Below are positions 1 to 9,451 of a stretch of DNA of 64,000 bases, piece by piece. Position 1 is the stretch's first letter; every line of letters begins with the position of its first letter. The stretch comes from an uncultured Candidatus Saccharibacteria bacterium (lineage in GTDB: Bacteria; Patescibacteriota; Minisyncoccia; Phycocordibacterales; CAIZLB01), in contig CAZUJN010000001.1 of NCBI GenBank assembly GCA_964620475.1, positions 83,497-147,496 of the forward strand. Reading direction: 5' to 3'. Under the pieces are notes generated by a model that saw nothing but the letters and a program-made list of their open reading frames with translations, searched no databases and was not told the DNA's origin. The position numbers and the translations under genes were made by a program.

Positions 1-836
1 TCTATATTTTGTGATCCTGAAACATCAAGTAAACTATTAGATATATTATAGGTCGGACTACTGTATATATTGGATATTTTAACGGTATCTTTTTTTTGAA
101 ATAGGGGATTATTAACGTTTTTTGATAATATTGATCGGGCGGGGTATGAATATATGTAAGTATTATCTATAAAGGACTGATTGTCATAGTTATCAGTTTT
201 TAATCTAAGCTTACTTTTAAATACGTTATAAATATTCGAGTTGTCTTTTTTTATTGGTTTTATTCTTTTTACTTCAACTATTGCGAAATCAAATTCACCT
301 GTTGAGTTTTGATCAGGGTCTCCTATTATGTATTGATTATTTTTATTTAGCCAAAAAGATGGTATGTATCTTAGTGTGACCGTGTGTGTTGTTGTTGTTG
401 GACTTTTTGTTCTACCTACACATTTTTTGTTTGAGTCTAATATATGCCTTGCTACATGTGCGTTTGTTAACACTACACCAGTATCTTCATCCGGGTCTGA
501 TAAGAAAACGCCGCTACCACTTGCTACCTTTATATATTTATTTGTTGTTTCTGAACAAAAAATATTTATCAAATAATTGTTTATATATGATGTATTCTCT
601 AAAAGAGATTTTGTTGAAATATTTTGATTTATAATTATATTTTTTAGAATTTCTGTTTGAGGAGAGTTGTTGAGATTTATCAGAGGTGTTGTCTGAATAT
701 TTTTATCAGATATGGTATAACCTAAAGAAATTGGTTTTTTCTCGTATGTGGTTATATTGTTAGTGTTTAAACAGTATATAGACGTAATTAGAAGGAAAAA
801 TAATAAAAAAGTTTTTAAAATTCTGTAGTTGTGCAT
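1..836 (-). CDS. Trypsin-like (S1) serine peptidase, runs off window start
   Basis: Hand translation from ATG at 836: hydrophobic N-terminus, then ASGSGVFLS...GVVLTNAHVA (trypsin His motif). Not in the ORF track; no stop seen in the portion I translated. Confidence 0.75.
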   Translation of the reverse strand, partial: MHNYRILKTFLLFFLLITSIYCLNTNNITTYEKKPISLGYTISDKNIQTTPLINLNNSPQTEILKNIIINQNISTKSLLENTSYINNYLINIFCSETTNKYIKVASGSGVFLSDPDEDTGVVLTNAHVARHILDSNKKCVGRTKSPTTTTHTVTLRYIPSFWLNKNNQYIIGDPDQNSTGEFDFAIVEVKRIKPIKKDNSNIYNVFKSKLRLKTDNYDNQSFIDNTYIYSYPARSILSKNVNNPLFQKKDTVKISNIYSSPTYNISNSLLDVSGSQNI

Positions 837-868
837 ATATATTATATCTGTTATTATAGCATAAGCAT

Positions 869-939
869 GCGGGATTGGTTTAGTGGTAGAATGACTGCCT
901 TCCAAGCAGTAGACAAGAGTTCGATTCTCTTATCCCGCA
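869..939 (+). tRNA. tRNA-Gly(TCC), CCA not encoded
   Basis: Acceptor GCGGGAT/ATCCCGC, anticodon arm ACTGC-CT TCC AA-GCAGT, T-loop GTTCGATTC. Confidence 0.96.
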
Positions 940-951
940 CATTATATTAAT

Positions 952-996
952 AAAAATAAAAACATCGCATAAATTAATATTCGATGTTTTTATTTT
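952..996. terminator. Bidirectional intrinsic terminator between tRNA-Gly and HU
   Basis: AAAATAAAAACATCG...CGATGTTTTTATTTT inverted repeat between convergent genes. Confidence 0.7.
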
Positions 997-1017
997 CTTT
1001 AGTTAGAATTGAGTTAA

Positions 1018-1290
1018 TTATTTAACTGAATCTTTCAAAGCTTTTGCTGCACGGAATTTTGGAACGTTAGTTGCAGGAACTTTTACAGTCTCTCCAGTTT
1101 TTGGGTTTCTAGCCATTCTTGCTGCTCTTTTTTTAACAGAGAATATACCTAGACCTGCTATTGAAACTTCGCCACCTTTTTTAAGTGTTGTTACTATAGA
1201 ATCTACTACTGTATCAACAACTTGTTCTGCTTGAACTTTTGTTGTTCCTAATAATTCATGAATTTTTTCAACCAATGCTGCTTTGTTCAT
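1018..1290 (-). CDS. hup: DNA-binding protein HU
   Basis: MNKAALV...GLGIFSVKKRAARMARNPKTGE...PKFRAAKALKD. Confidence 0.95.
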   Translation of the reverse strand: MNKAALVEKIHELLGTTKVQAEQVVDTVVDSIVTTLKKGGEVSIAGLGIFSVKKRAARMARNPKTGETVKVPATNVPKFRAAKALKDSVK

Positions 1291-1417
1291 ATTTTTATTT
1301 TTTATTTTTTTATGTAAATAATAATGATTAATCTTTATTACCGAAGTAATATAATAATTTTAGATAGAAAATCCATATTTTGCAATAGATTTTCTGAAAT
1401 TAAGTATTAGGGTATTA

Positions 1418-1987
1418 TTATATAACTTTGTCAATCATACCATATTTCTTAGCTTCTTCTGCTGACATGAAGTAGTCACGGTCTGCATCTTTAACTATTT
1501 TGTCATATTTCTGACCTGTATTCTTAACTAACATCTTGTATAAGTCTTCTTTCATCTTAAGCATTCTCTTTGATCTTATTTCAATATCGGAAACCTGGCC
1601 TTCATATCCACCTAGGGGTTGATGAATCATTACCTCTGAGTTTGGTAGGGCAAACCTTTTTCCTTTTGTCCCTGATGATAAGATCATAGCCCCCATTGAA
1701 GCAGCCATACCTACACATATTGTAGATACATCATTTTTAATATGATTCATGGTGTCTATAATGGCTAAGCCGTCTACTACAGACCCTCCAGGCGAGTTTA
1801 TGTATAATTTTATATCTTTATTTGGATTTTCTGAGGCTAAAAATAGTAGCTGAGCTATAACTATATTGGCTGAGTCTGAATTAACCTCTCCGTTTAAGAA
1901 AATAATGTTTTCACGAAGTAGTCTAGAGTATATATCATAAGCTCTATCTCCTTGTGGTGATTTTTCTATTACTGTTGGTATTAACAT
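1418..1987 (-). CDS. clpP: ATP-dependent Clp protease proteolytic subunit
   Basis: [22 protein letters not shown] (Ser), MIHQP (His), [11 protein letters not shown]. Confidence 0.97.
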   Translation of the reverse strand: MLIPTVIEKSPQGDRAYDIYSRLLRENIIFLNGEVNSDSANIVIAQLLFLASENPNKDIKLYINSPGGSVVDGLAIIDTMNHIKNDVSTICVGMAASMGAMILSSGTKGKRFALPNSEVMIHQPLGGYEGQVSDIEIRSKRMLKMKEDLYKMLVKNTGQKYDKIVKDADRDYFMSAEEAKKYGMIDKVI

Positions 1988-2041
1988 AGGTATCTATTAT
2001 AACAGACTATGCAAGTTTTTGTATTATGTTATATTTAACAT

Positions 2042-2743
2042 ATGAGATTACACCGTTTTTATCTAAAAGATATTGAAAAACAAGGAGATTTATGGATTAC
2101 CAATGATATTGGATTCATTCATCAATTGAAAAACGTGTTTAGGGCTAAAATTGGGCAAAATATTCTTGTCTTTAATGAATTAATAGGGGAGGTGGAGCTT
2201 AAACTTGAAAACATTAGTAAAAAAGACATGTCTTTTGTGTTTATAAGACAATCAAGAGAGGTAAAAATTAGTAAAGGTAATAAAAGACAGGTGTGTTTGT
2301 ATATGTCTATTATAAAAAATCATAATTTTGAACTGGTTCTTGAGAAGGCTGTTGAATTAGGTGTTGATAAAATAATACCAATAATCACAGAAAGAACTAT
2401 AAAAAATAATCTTAATATGGATAGATTAAATAAGATCATTATAGAAGCTACTGAACAAAGTTGGAGAATGGGTCTATTAAAAATAGAAAAACCTGTTAAT
2501 TTAACAGATGTCGAATTTAATAACGCAAATGAGAAGGTCTTTGGTTCCATAGAAGGTAAGGTAAATTTATTTAATCATGACAGTAAAAATGATATTGATA
2601 TATTTGTTGGACCAGAAGGTGGTTTTTCTGATCAAGAAATTTCTCTGCTTACTAAAAATAACGTTAAAGCGGTTTGTATTAATGAAAACGTTTTACGCGC
2701 TGAAACTGCAGCTATCGTTTTTTGTGCCGCCTATAATCTATAA
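2042..2743 (+). CDS. rsmE: 16S rRNA m3U1498 methyltransferase
   Basis: EKAVELGV, EATEQS, VGPEGGFS, VLRAETAAI. Confidence 0.93.
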   Translation: MRLHRFYLKDIEKQGDLWITNDIGFIHQLKNVFRAKIGQNILVFNELIGEVELKLENISKKDMSFVFIRQSREVKISKGNKRQVCLYMSIIKNHNFELVLEKAVELGVDKIIPIITERTIKNNLNMDRLNKIIIEATEQSWRMGLLKIEKPVNLTDVEFNNANEKVFGSIEGKVNLFNHDSKNDIDIFVGPEGGFSDQEISLLTKNNVKAVCINENVLRAETAAIVFCAAYNL

Positions 2744-3838
2744 TTATAGAAACTTCCTTATAGGCCAGATAATTATTTCTGATATTTTAAGAATAATATT
2801 TCTTTTGCCCCAGGATTTTTCGGTGAAAGAAAAACCTTTAGATATTAAAAATTCAGAGTATGTTTGTAAATCGTTTATGCATTGCTGATTGTAAATTAAC
2901 ACCCCTGATTCGTAATTATATTTTAGGCTCAAGTTGTCTAAATTCATTGTACCTATGAATGCTGATTTATTGTCAAATATTGCAAACTTACTATGTATCA
3001 TTTTTTCTATGAAATAAATATTTATTTTGTGTTTTATAAAAGTTTTTATAAAGGTGTTTCTTGCTATATCTGCAACAAGCCAATTTGATTTTATCGGCAA
3101 TATTATATTTACGACAACACCTTTTTTTGTGGCCTGTTTGAGCTGTCTGGTTAATTTAAAGTCTGGTATAAAATACGGTGCTACCAGGGTTATATTTGTC
3201 TTAGAGTTTTTTATATATTTTAAATATTCTTTGTAAATGTGTCTTTCAAATTGTAAAGGTGATTGTGTTATATAAGAAAAATCTCTTTCTTCTTTTGATC
3301 TCAAATACTTTTTACTAGATCTGCCTATTCTAAAGGTTGGATAATATACTCTATTCCATGTGCTATTAAAAATTTTTCTAACTTTATCATTTAGATTTTT
3401 ATCCTTAATTAATATACATAAATCTAACCAATGTATCATCTGATCAGACAGGCATACACTGCCCGTGAATACATATTCATTGTCTATAATGATGCTTCTT
3501 CTATGGTTTCTCAAAAATAGAAAAGTTTTTCTGTTTTTTGTAAAAGGTAATATTGAATTAAAAAAACGTATCTCAATATTGTGTTTTTGTAAATCTTTTA
3601 TGATAGATGTTTTATCAAAACGGAAACTACCTACATGATCCAACAATAATCTAACTTTAACACCTTCAGATGATTTTTGTTTCAATAGGTTTATTATATC
3701 GCTACCAATGTTATCAGGAGTAAAATAGTATATCTCAATATCTATACTTTCTTTTGCGGACAATATTTTAGACCTGATTGCTTTTATACAATCTTTTGAT
3801 GTGAAGAATAATTTGTAATTTAATATATTATTAATCAT
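2744..3838 (-). CDS. Phospholipase D / cardiolipin synthase family
   Basis: Two HKD-type motifs: RNHRRSIIID (K->R variant) and IHSKFAIFD...GTMNLD. Confidence 0.85.
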   Translation of the reverse strand: MINNILNYKLFFTSKDCIKAIRSKILSAKESIDIEIYYFTPDNIGSDIINLLKQKSSEGVKVRLLLDHVGSFRFDKTSIIKDLQKHNIEIRFFNSILPFTKNRKTFLFLRNHRRSIIIDNEYVFTGSVCLSDQMIHWLDLCILIKDKNLNDKVRKIFNSTWNRVYYPTFRIGRSSKKYLRSKEERDFSYITQSPLQFERHIYKEYLKYIKNSKTNITLVAPYFIPDFKLTRQLKQATKKGVVVNIILPIKSNWLVADIARNTFIKTFIKHKINIYFIEKMIHSKFAIFDNKSAFIGTMNLDNLSLKYNYESGVLIYNQQCINDLQTYSEFLISKGFSFTEKSWGKRNIILKISEIIIWPIRKFL

Positions 3839-5570
3839 TTGCGACTCTCAATACTTCTTCTATACTAGTCAAACCCTGTACCGCTTGAAATATTCCATCC
3901 TCTATCATTGTAAGCATACCTTCTTTTTTTGCTTGTTCTTCTATCTCGTCTGATGTTGCATTTTTAATTATTAGGTCTTTAATAGTTGCTGTAACTTTTA
4001 GTGATTCGTGTATACCGATACGTCCTTTATAACCATCTGTATTTTCATCTATGGGATTTGCCTTATAAAAATTAATATTAGTCCAATTGCTATTTTCTGG
4101 TACAATTTTCTCTCTTTTTAAGAATGTTAATATTCTATCCATATCAACCTTCTTATTTAATTGGTCTATTTCATCTTGTGAGGGTGTGTATTTTACTTTA
4201 TTATCATCTAATCTTCTTACGAGTCTCTGGGCTATTACTAATTTTATTGTGGAAACCAATAGAAATGGTTCACATTTCATATCCATTAATCTTGGTATTG
4301 CCCCAGCTGCTGAGTTTGTGTGAAGTGTAGATAAAACAAGGTGACCAGTCAATGCCGCGTTGATGGCAAGAGATGCTGTTTCATTGTCACGAATCTCACC
4401 AACCATGATAATATCAGGGTCTTGTCTAAGAAGTGATCTAAGTCCGTTTGCGAAAGTAAAACCTATATCTGATCGTATCTGAGTCTGATTTATTCTTTTT
4501 ATTTGATACTCTATAGGATCTTCAACTGTTGATATGTTAACGTCTGGTGTGTTTAATATATCCAACATTGTATATAAAGTTGTTGTTTTACCTGAACCGG
4601 TTGGTCCTGTGGTCAATATCATACCTTCTGAATAATTTAAAGCTGCATGCATATCATCTAATGCGTGACCATGAAAACCTAGACCCTCCAGTGTAAAACC
4701 AGACACATTTTCTCTCAATAGTCTCATAACTATCCTTTCACCATAATATGTTGGTAAAACAGAAACACGAAAGGATATTTTTTCACCATTAAGGTCTATT
4801 TTAAAACGTCCATCTTGTGGCAATCTTTTCTCGTCTAGTTTTAGATTTGCTAATACTTTTATACGAGCAGTTATACTTGGACCTGTGGTCTTTGGTAATA
4901 ACATGGCATCATGCAATATGCCGTCTATTCTATATCTTATAACAGTATTTTGATCTGTATGCTCTATGTGTATATCAGAAACCCCTTGTATAACAGCATG
5001 GTTTAATAAAGTATCTACTATTTTGATGATTGGTAAATCATCGGCCATTTTTTTTAAATCGTCTATATTTTCAGCATCTATATCACCGTTTACATTCTTG
5101 GCCTCTTTTTGTATTATATCTCCAAAATCGGCCTTAAGACTCTTTTGATATTGTAATAAAAGGTTTTTTATTGAGGCTGAGTTAGTAAGTCTTGGCAATA
5201 CCTTTAATCCTGTTTTCTTTTTTATAAAATCAATTGCATTTAAGTCGTCTCCGTCCATCAATGCGACTTCTAATGTATCCTCCGTTTTTTTAAATGCTAC
5301 TATGTTGTGTTTTCTGGCAATAGGTTCTGGTATAAGTGATAATATATCCAATGATACTTTTATGTTTGTTAAATCTACAAACGGTATACCCACTAGATAT
5401 GCTTGTATACGCAAAAAATCATCCTCACTGATTTTACCCATATCAATCAATGTTTTTTGTATAGCTTCTCCTTTTTCCTCAGCTTTTTTCTTTATGATTT
5501 CATATTCATCTGCTGAAATTAAGCCTGAATCTATAATAAATTTATATAATTGATCTTGGTCTATATGCAT
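3831..5570 (-). CDS. pilB: Type IV pilus assembly ATPase (PilB/GspE family)
   Basis: SDIHIE, RLPQDGR, Walker A GPTGSGKTT, LRQDPDIIMVGEIRD, TGHLVLSTLHTN. Confidence 0.92.
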   Translation of the reverse strand: MHIDQDQLYKFIIDSGLISADEYEIIKKKAEEKGEAIQKTLIDMGKISEDDFLRIQAYLVGIPFVDLTNIKVSLDILSLIPEPIARKHNIVAFKKTEDTLEVALMDGDDLNAIDFIKKKTGLKVLPRLTNSASIKNLLLQYQKSLKADFGDIIQKEAKNVNGDIDAENIDDLKKMADDLPIIKIVDTLLNHAVIQGVSDIHIEHTDQNTVIRYRIDGILHDAMLLPKTTGPSITARIKVLANLKLDEKRLPQDGRFKIDLNGEKISFRVSVLPTYYGERIVMRLLRENVSGFTLEGLGFHGHALDDMHAALNYSEGMILTTGPTGSGKTTTLYTMLDILNTPDVNISTVEDPIEYQIKRINQTQIRSDIGFTFANGLRSLLRQDPDIIMVGEIRDNETASLAINAALTGHLVLSTLHTNSAAGAIPRLMDMKCEPFLLVSTIKLVIAQRLVRRLDDNKVKYTPSQDEIDQLNKKVDMDRILTFLKREKIVPENSNWTNINFYKANPIDENTDGYKGRIGIHESLKVTATIKDLIIKNATSDEIEEQAKKEGMLTMIEDGIFQAVQGLTSIEEVLRVAND

Positions 5571-5646
5571 AATTTTAAAATTGACTTTCTATACTATATA
5601 GTATAATATATAAAACACAGTAAATCTATTTTACAGACAGATCTTA

Positions 5647-5678
5647 ACAGAAGTCGCTCTTTATCAGGCGACTTTTGT
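5647..5678 (+). promoter_or_regulatory. Terminator-like hairpin in nusA 5' region
   Basis: AAGTCGC-TCTTTATCAG-GCGACTT followed by TTGTCTTT, ~50 nt before the nusA start. Confidence 0.5.
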
Positions 5679-5725
5679 CTTTAATAAATTTACTTTATAA
5701 AAAATAATTAGTAAAAATAAAATTT

Positions 5726-6883
5726 ATGTTCGATTTAAAGACAATAAATCTTGTGATAGACCAGTTACAAGAAGAAAAAAATATCTCAAAAGATAAGATT
5801 ATAGATGCTATAGAGGCATCTCTGGCCACTGCTTATAAAAAAGAATATTGCAGAAGATCTCAGTTTGTTAAGTGTAACTTTGATTTGTCTTCTGGAAAGA
5901 CAGAGTTCTTTCAGATTAAAACTGTAATTGACCCTGTGGATATATTAACAGAAGAAGATCTTGAAGAAATAAAATATAATAATGAGCATGGAATAGAGAA
6001 TGATTCATTCTTAGATAAAATAAAGTTCAATGATGATCAGCATATATTATTGCCCGTTGCTCAAAAAATCAAAAAAGATGTTGTTCCTGGAGAAGAATTA
6101 GTTTTTCCTTTAGAACACAAAGATGATTTTGGTCGTATAGCCGCTCAAACCGCAAAACAGATAATTATGCAAAAGATTAGAGAGGCTGAGAAAGTTAATC
6201 TTATAGATGAATTTGGTAATAAAACAGGGGAAATAATATCAGGCACAGTAGAGAGAGTTGATAGAGGGGCTATATTTATAAATGTAGGAAAAGCTGTTGG
6301 TATCATGCCTTATGATGAACAAATCAAAAATGAAAAGTTCAAACAAGGTGAAAGAGTAAGAGCTTATCTAGTAGAAGTTGATGACTCTGGTCGTGGTGTT
6401 TTCTTAAAGTTATCTAGATCACACCCAAAATTCTTAGCAAAATTATTTGAATTAGAAGTACCTGAAATAAAATCAGGGTTAGTTGAAATAAAATCTATAG
6501 CAAGAGAATCAGGTTCAAGATCTAAGATAGCTGTCTTCAGTAATGATGAGACTATAGATCCCGTGGGCGCTATGGTCGGTCAAAGAGGAACAAGGGTAAA
6601 TGTTATTATGTCTGAATTGCATGGAGAAAGAATAGATATAATAGAATACGTTGAAGATATAAATGAATACATAGAAAGATCATTATCACCTGCTAAAATA
6701 TTGGGTGTAGATGTTGATCAAGAAAATAAAGTTGCTCATGCAGTTGTTACAGAGGATCAACAGTCATTGGCTATAGGTAAAGGTGGTCAAAATGTGAGAC
6801 TTGCTGCAAAATTAACGGGTTATAGAATAGATATAAAAGCTGTTACAGCAGAAGAGGGTGAAGAATATTCTGAAGAAGAATAG
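5726..6883 (+). CDS. nusA: Transcription factor NusA
   Basis: FGRIAAQTAKQ, S1 domain, ARESGSRSKIAV, SLAIGKGGQNVRLAAKLTG. Confidence 0.96.
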   Translation: MFDLKTINLVIDQLQEEKNISKDKIIDAIEASLATAYKKEYCRRSQFVKCNFDLSSGKTEFFQIKTVIDPVDILTEEDLEEIKYNNEHGIENDSFLDKIKFNDDQHILLPVAQKIKKDVVPGEELVFPLEHKDDFGRIAAQTAKQIIMQKIREAEKVNLIDEFGNKTGEIISGTVERVDRGAIFINVGKAVGIMPYDEQIKNEKFKQGERVRAYLVEVDDSGRGVFLKLSRSHPKFLAKLFELEVPEIKSGLVEIKSIARESGSRSKIAVFSNDETIDPVGAMVGQRGTRVNVIMSELHGERIDIIEYVEDINEYIERSLSPAKILGVDVDQENKVAHAVVTEDQQSLAIGKGGQNVRLAAKLTGYRIDIKAVTAEEGEEYSEEE

Positions 6884-6925
6884 AAATATAAATTATAAAT
6901 TTAAATAAATATAAAAAATAAAAAT

Positions 6926-7456
6926 ATGACAATGAATTTATGGCACGATATAAAACCAGGTAATAAAGATGAGATGACTGTTATAGTTGAGATAAATAAA
7001 GGCTCTCATAATAAATATGAAGTTGATAAAGAGACAGGTTTGATAGCTTTAGACCGTGTATCACACACATCACAAAATTTTCCATTTGATTATGGTTTTG
7101 TACCTCAATCATTGTGGGCTGATGGAGATCCTCTAGATGTTGTATTGCTTACAACATACCCGTTAACTCCTGGTATATTGGTTAAAGCTAGACCTGTAGC
7201 TATATTGAATATGACAGATTCAGGCGACAGTGATGCAAAAATCATAGCTGTTCCTGTTGAAGATCCTAGATTTGACGATGTGACAGATATAGAACATGTA
7301 AATAAACATACATTAAAAGAAATAGAGCATTTTTATCAGACATATAAAAAAATACAAAATAAAGTTGTTGAAACTCACGGTTTTGATAATGCTGCTAAAG
7401 CTAAAGAAGCCTTTGATATTTCAATGGAGAATTATAAAAATAAATTTAATAAATAA
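6926..7456 (+). CDS. ppa: Inorganic pyrophosphatase, family I
   Basis: NKYEVDK, DYGFVPQSLWADGDPLDV, DSGDSDAKII. Confidence 0.95.
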   Translation: MTMNLWHDIKPGNKDEMTVIVEINKGSHNKYEVDKETGLIALDRVSHTSQNFPFDYGFVPQSLWADGDPLDVVLLTTYPLTPGILVKARPVAILNMTDSGDSDAKIIAVPVEDPRFDDVTDIEHVNKHTLKEIEHFYQTYKKIQNKVVETHGFDNAAKAKEAFDISMENYKNKFNK

Positions 7457-7464
7457 AATTCAAT

Positions 7465-8517
7465 ATGTCAGATTATAAGATAAAGAAAATAAATACAGAT
7501 GTGGATTGTGAAATATCTATAGAAGTAGAATTAAAATCTAAAGCTATAGAGGAAAATAAATCAGAAGCATTGAAGAGGATAAATGAAAATGTAAAAGTGG
7601 ATGGTTTTAGACCTGGTCATATACCTGAAAAAGTTCTTATAGAAAAAGTTGGCGATTATGCCATAACAGAGGAAGCTTGTAGAATATGTATAGATAAAAA
7701 TTTCTTAAACATAATACAGGATTCAAAACATTTACCTATAAATCAGCCCAGTATATCTATAACTAAATTAGCTGTAGGTTCAGATGCTGATATAAAAATA
7801 GAATTTGCTATACAACCGGTTGTTGATTTGGCGGATTATAAAAAGATAGCCAAGAAGCATAATTCTGAAAAAGAAAAAGAAAAAATAGAAGAGGTTTCTG
7901 ATGAAGAAATAGAAAAAGTTTTAACAAATCTACGAATGGAGGTAGCGCACTTTGAATATCATCAAAATCATCATGATCATGATCATAATCACGGTGAGCT
8001 TGAGCCTGTAGAATTAAATGATGAATTTGCAAAGAAAGTCGGTCCATTTGAAAATGTTGATGATCTTAAAAAAGCAATAAGAGAAAATCTTTCTCAAAGT
8101 AAAAATCAAAAAACTATAGAGAAAAACAGAATAAAACTTGTTGATGAAATAATAGAAAAATCAAAAATAAAATATCCTGAATTATTATTGCAATCAGAAT
8201 TGCAAATAATGATAGAGGAATTAAAGGCAGATTTAAATCAAATGGGTCAAACTTTTGATGAATATCTGAAGGTGATAAATAAAACAGAGGCCGATCTTAG
8301 AGAAGAAAGAAAAGAAATGGCGGCTAAAAGAGTTAAAACACAGTTGGTTTTAAGTAAAATAGCTGGAGAAGAAAAACTTAAGGCTGATGAAAATCTAGTG
8401 AACACCCAAGTTGATCAAATACTTAAAACTCATGTTGGTGCCGATAAAGAAAATGTGAGAATGTTTGTTGAAAGATTTGAATTAAACAAAATGGTTTGGG
8501 AGTTGTTGGAGATATAG
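7465..8517 (+). CDS. tig: Trigger factor lacking the FKBP domain
   Basis: Ribosome-binding motif DGFRPGHIP; C-domain ELNDEFAK; only 350 aa. Confidence 0.88.
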   Translation: MSDYKIKKINTDVDCEISIEVELKSKAIEENKSEALKRINENVKVDGFRPGHIPEKVLIEKVGDYAITEEACRICIDKNFLNIIQDSKHLPINQPSISITKLAVGSDADIKIEFAIQPVVDLADYKKIAKKHNSEKEKEKIEEVSDEEIEKVLTNLRMEVAHFEYHQNHHDHDHNHGELEPVELNDEFAKKVGPFENVDDLKKAIRENLSQSKNQKTIEKNRIKLVDEIIEKSKIKYPELLLQSELQIMIEELKADLNQMGQTFDEYLKVINKTEADLREERKEMAAKRVKTQLVLSKIAGEEKLKADENLVNTQVDQILKTHVGADKENVRMFVERFELNKMVWELLEI

Positions 8518-8532
8518 TGTATAATTATAGAT

Positions 8533-8778
8533 ATGGAAATATTGGCACTCATTCTTAATTTCATTGTATATATATTTACTTCGGAAGCTGTTCTTGTGGC
8601 ATTAATTATTGTCGGCACACTCTCTGTTGTTTCATCGTACGGTCAAAAAAATGAGTTAGCAAAATATAAAATAAGGATAACTGGATATTTGTTAATATGT
8701 GTATCTATCGTTTTACTGTATATTTTATATATCTCAGATCCAACAGGTTTTATATATTTCTTTGATGTATTGCTTTAA
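8533..8778 (+). CDS. Small membrane protein
   Basis: Hydrophobic 81-aa ORF; TATAAT 7 nt before ATG; hairpin terminator follows. Confidence 0.6.
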   Translation: MEILALILNFIVYIFTSEAVLVALIIVGTLSVVSSYGQKNELAKYKIRITGYLLICVSIVLLYILYISDPTGFIYFFDVLL

Positions 8779-8789
8779 TTAAATAAGAA

Positions 8790-8817
8790 TAAAAACACCC
8801 GAAAGGGTATTTTTTTA
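8790..8817. terminator. Intrinsic terminator
   Basis: AAAAACACCC-GAAA-GGGTATTTTTT. Confidence 0.65.
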
Positions 8818-9002
8818 TGTACCCCTATCTATTCCCACACATCCATGTTATACTCAACGCACAAGGGTAGTATTCCCACAGACTTTGAGAGAATAGTTAG
8901 AGTTTGATTTATAACGAGTGCAGTGACTTTCATTTGAATAAATCATATAGATTACAAAGTAGTGTTTGTCAGATTAATGAAAAAAATAAGTAAATAAATA
9001 AA

Positions 9003-9383
9003 ATGGATACAACAGTAAACAACAAAAGATTATACGTAGGAAACCTATCATGGGGAGTAAATGATGATTCATTAAGAGCTGCTTTTGCAGAATGTGGTGA
9101 AATCGATAATGCACAAGTTGCAATCGATAGAATGACAGGAAGATCAAAAGGCTTCGCATTCGTAGAATTTAAAAACGAAGAAGATGCACAAAAAGCAGTT
9201 GAAAAATGGAATGGTCAAGAACTTGATGGTAGACCACTTAGAGTAAACATCGCTCAACCTAAAACAGAAGGTGGTGCTCCAAGAAGATCATATGATAACA
9301 ACAGAGGTGGTTATGGTAGATCAAATGATAGAGGTGGATACGGAAGATCAAATGATAGAGGTGGATACAATAGAGGATACTAA
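9003..9383 (+). CDS. RRM RNA-binding protein with Gly/Arg-rich tail
   Basis: RNP2 LYVGNL, RNP1 KGFAFVEF, tail repeats RGGYGRSND. Confidence 0.93.
   Translation: MDTTVNNKRLYVGNLSWGVNDDSLRAAFAECGEIDNAQVAIDRMTGRSKGFAFVEFKNEEDAQKAVEKWNGQELDGRPLRVNIAQPKTEGGAPRRSYDNNRGGYGRSNDRGGYGRSNDRGGYNRGY
9303..9368 (+). repeat. 27-bp coding tandem repeat (~2.5 units)
   Basis: AGAGGTGG(T/A)TA(T/C)GG(T/A)AGATCAAATGAT repeated. Confidence 0.8.
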
Positions 9384-9451
9384 TCTGATATACATATCAA
9401 CAAAATAAAACAAAAAACACAAGACAAAATTGTGTTTTTTGTTTATTATAT

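Noticed and set aside
364-634. Plus-strand ORFs 364-576 and 386-634
   Set aside because: Antisense shadows of the minus-strand trypsin-like gene.
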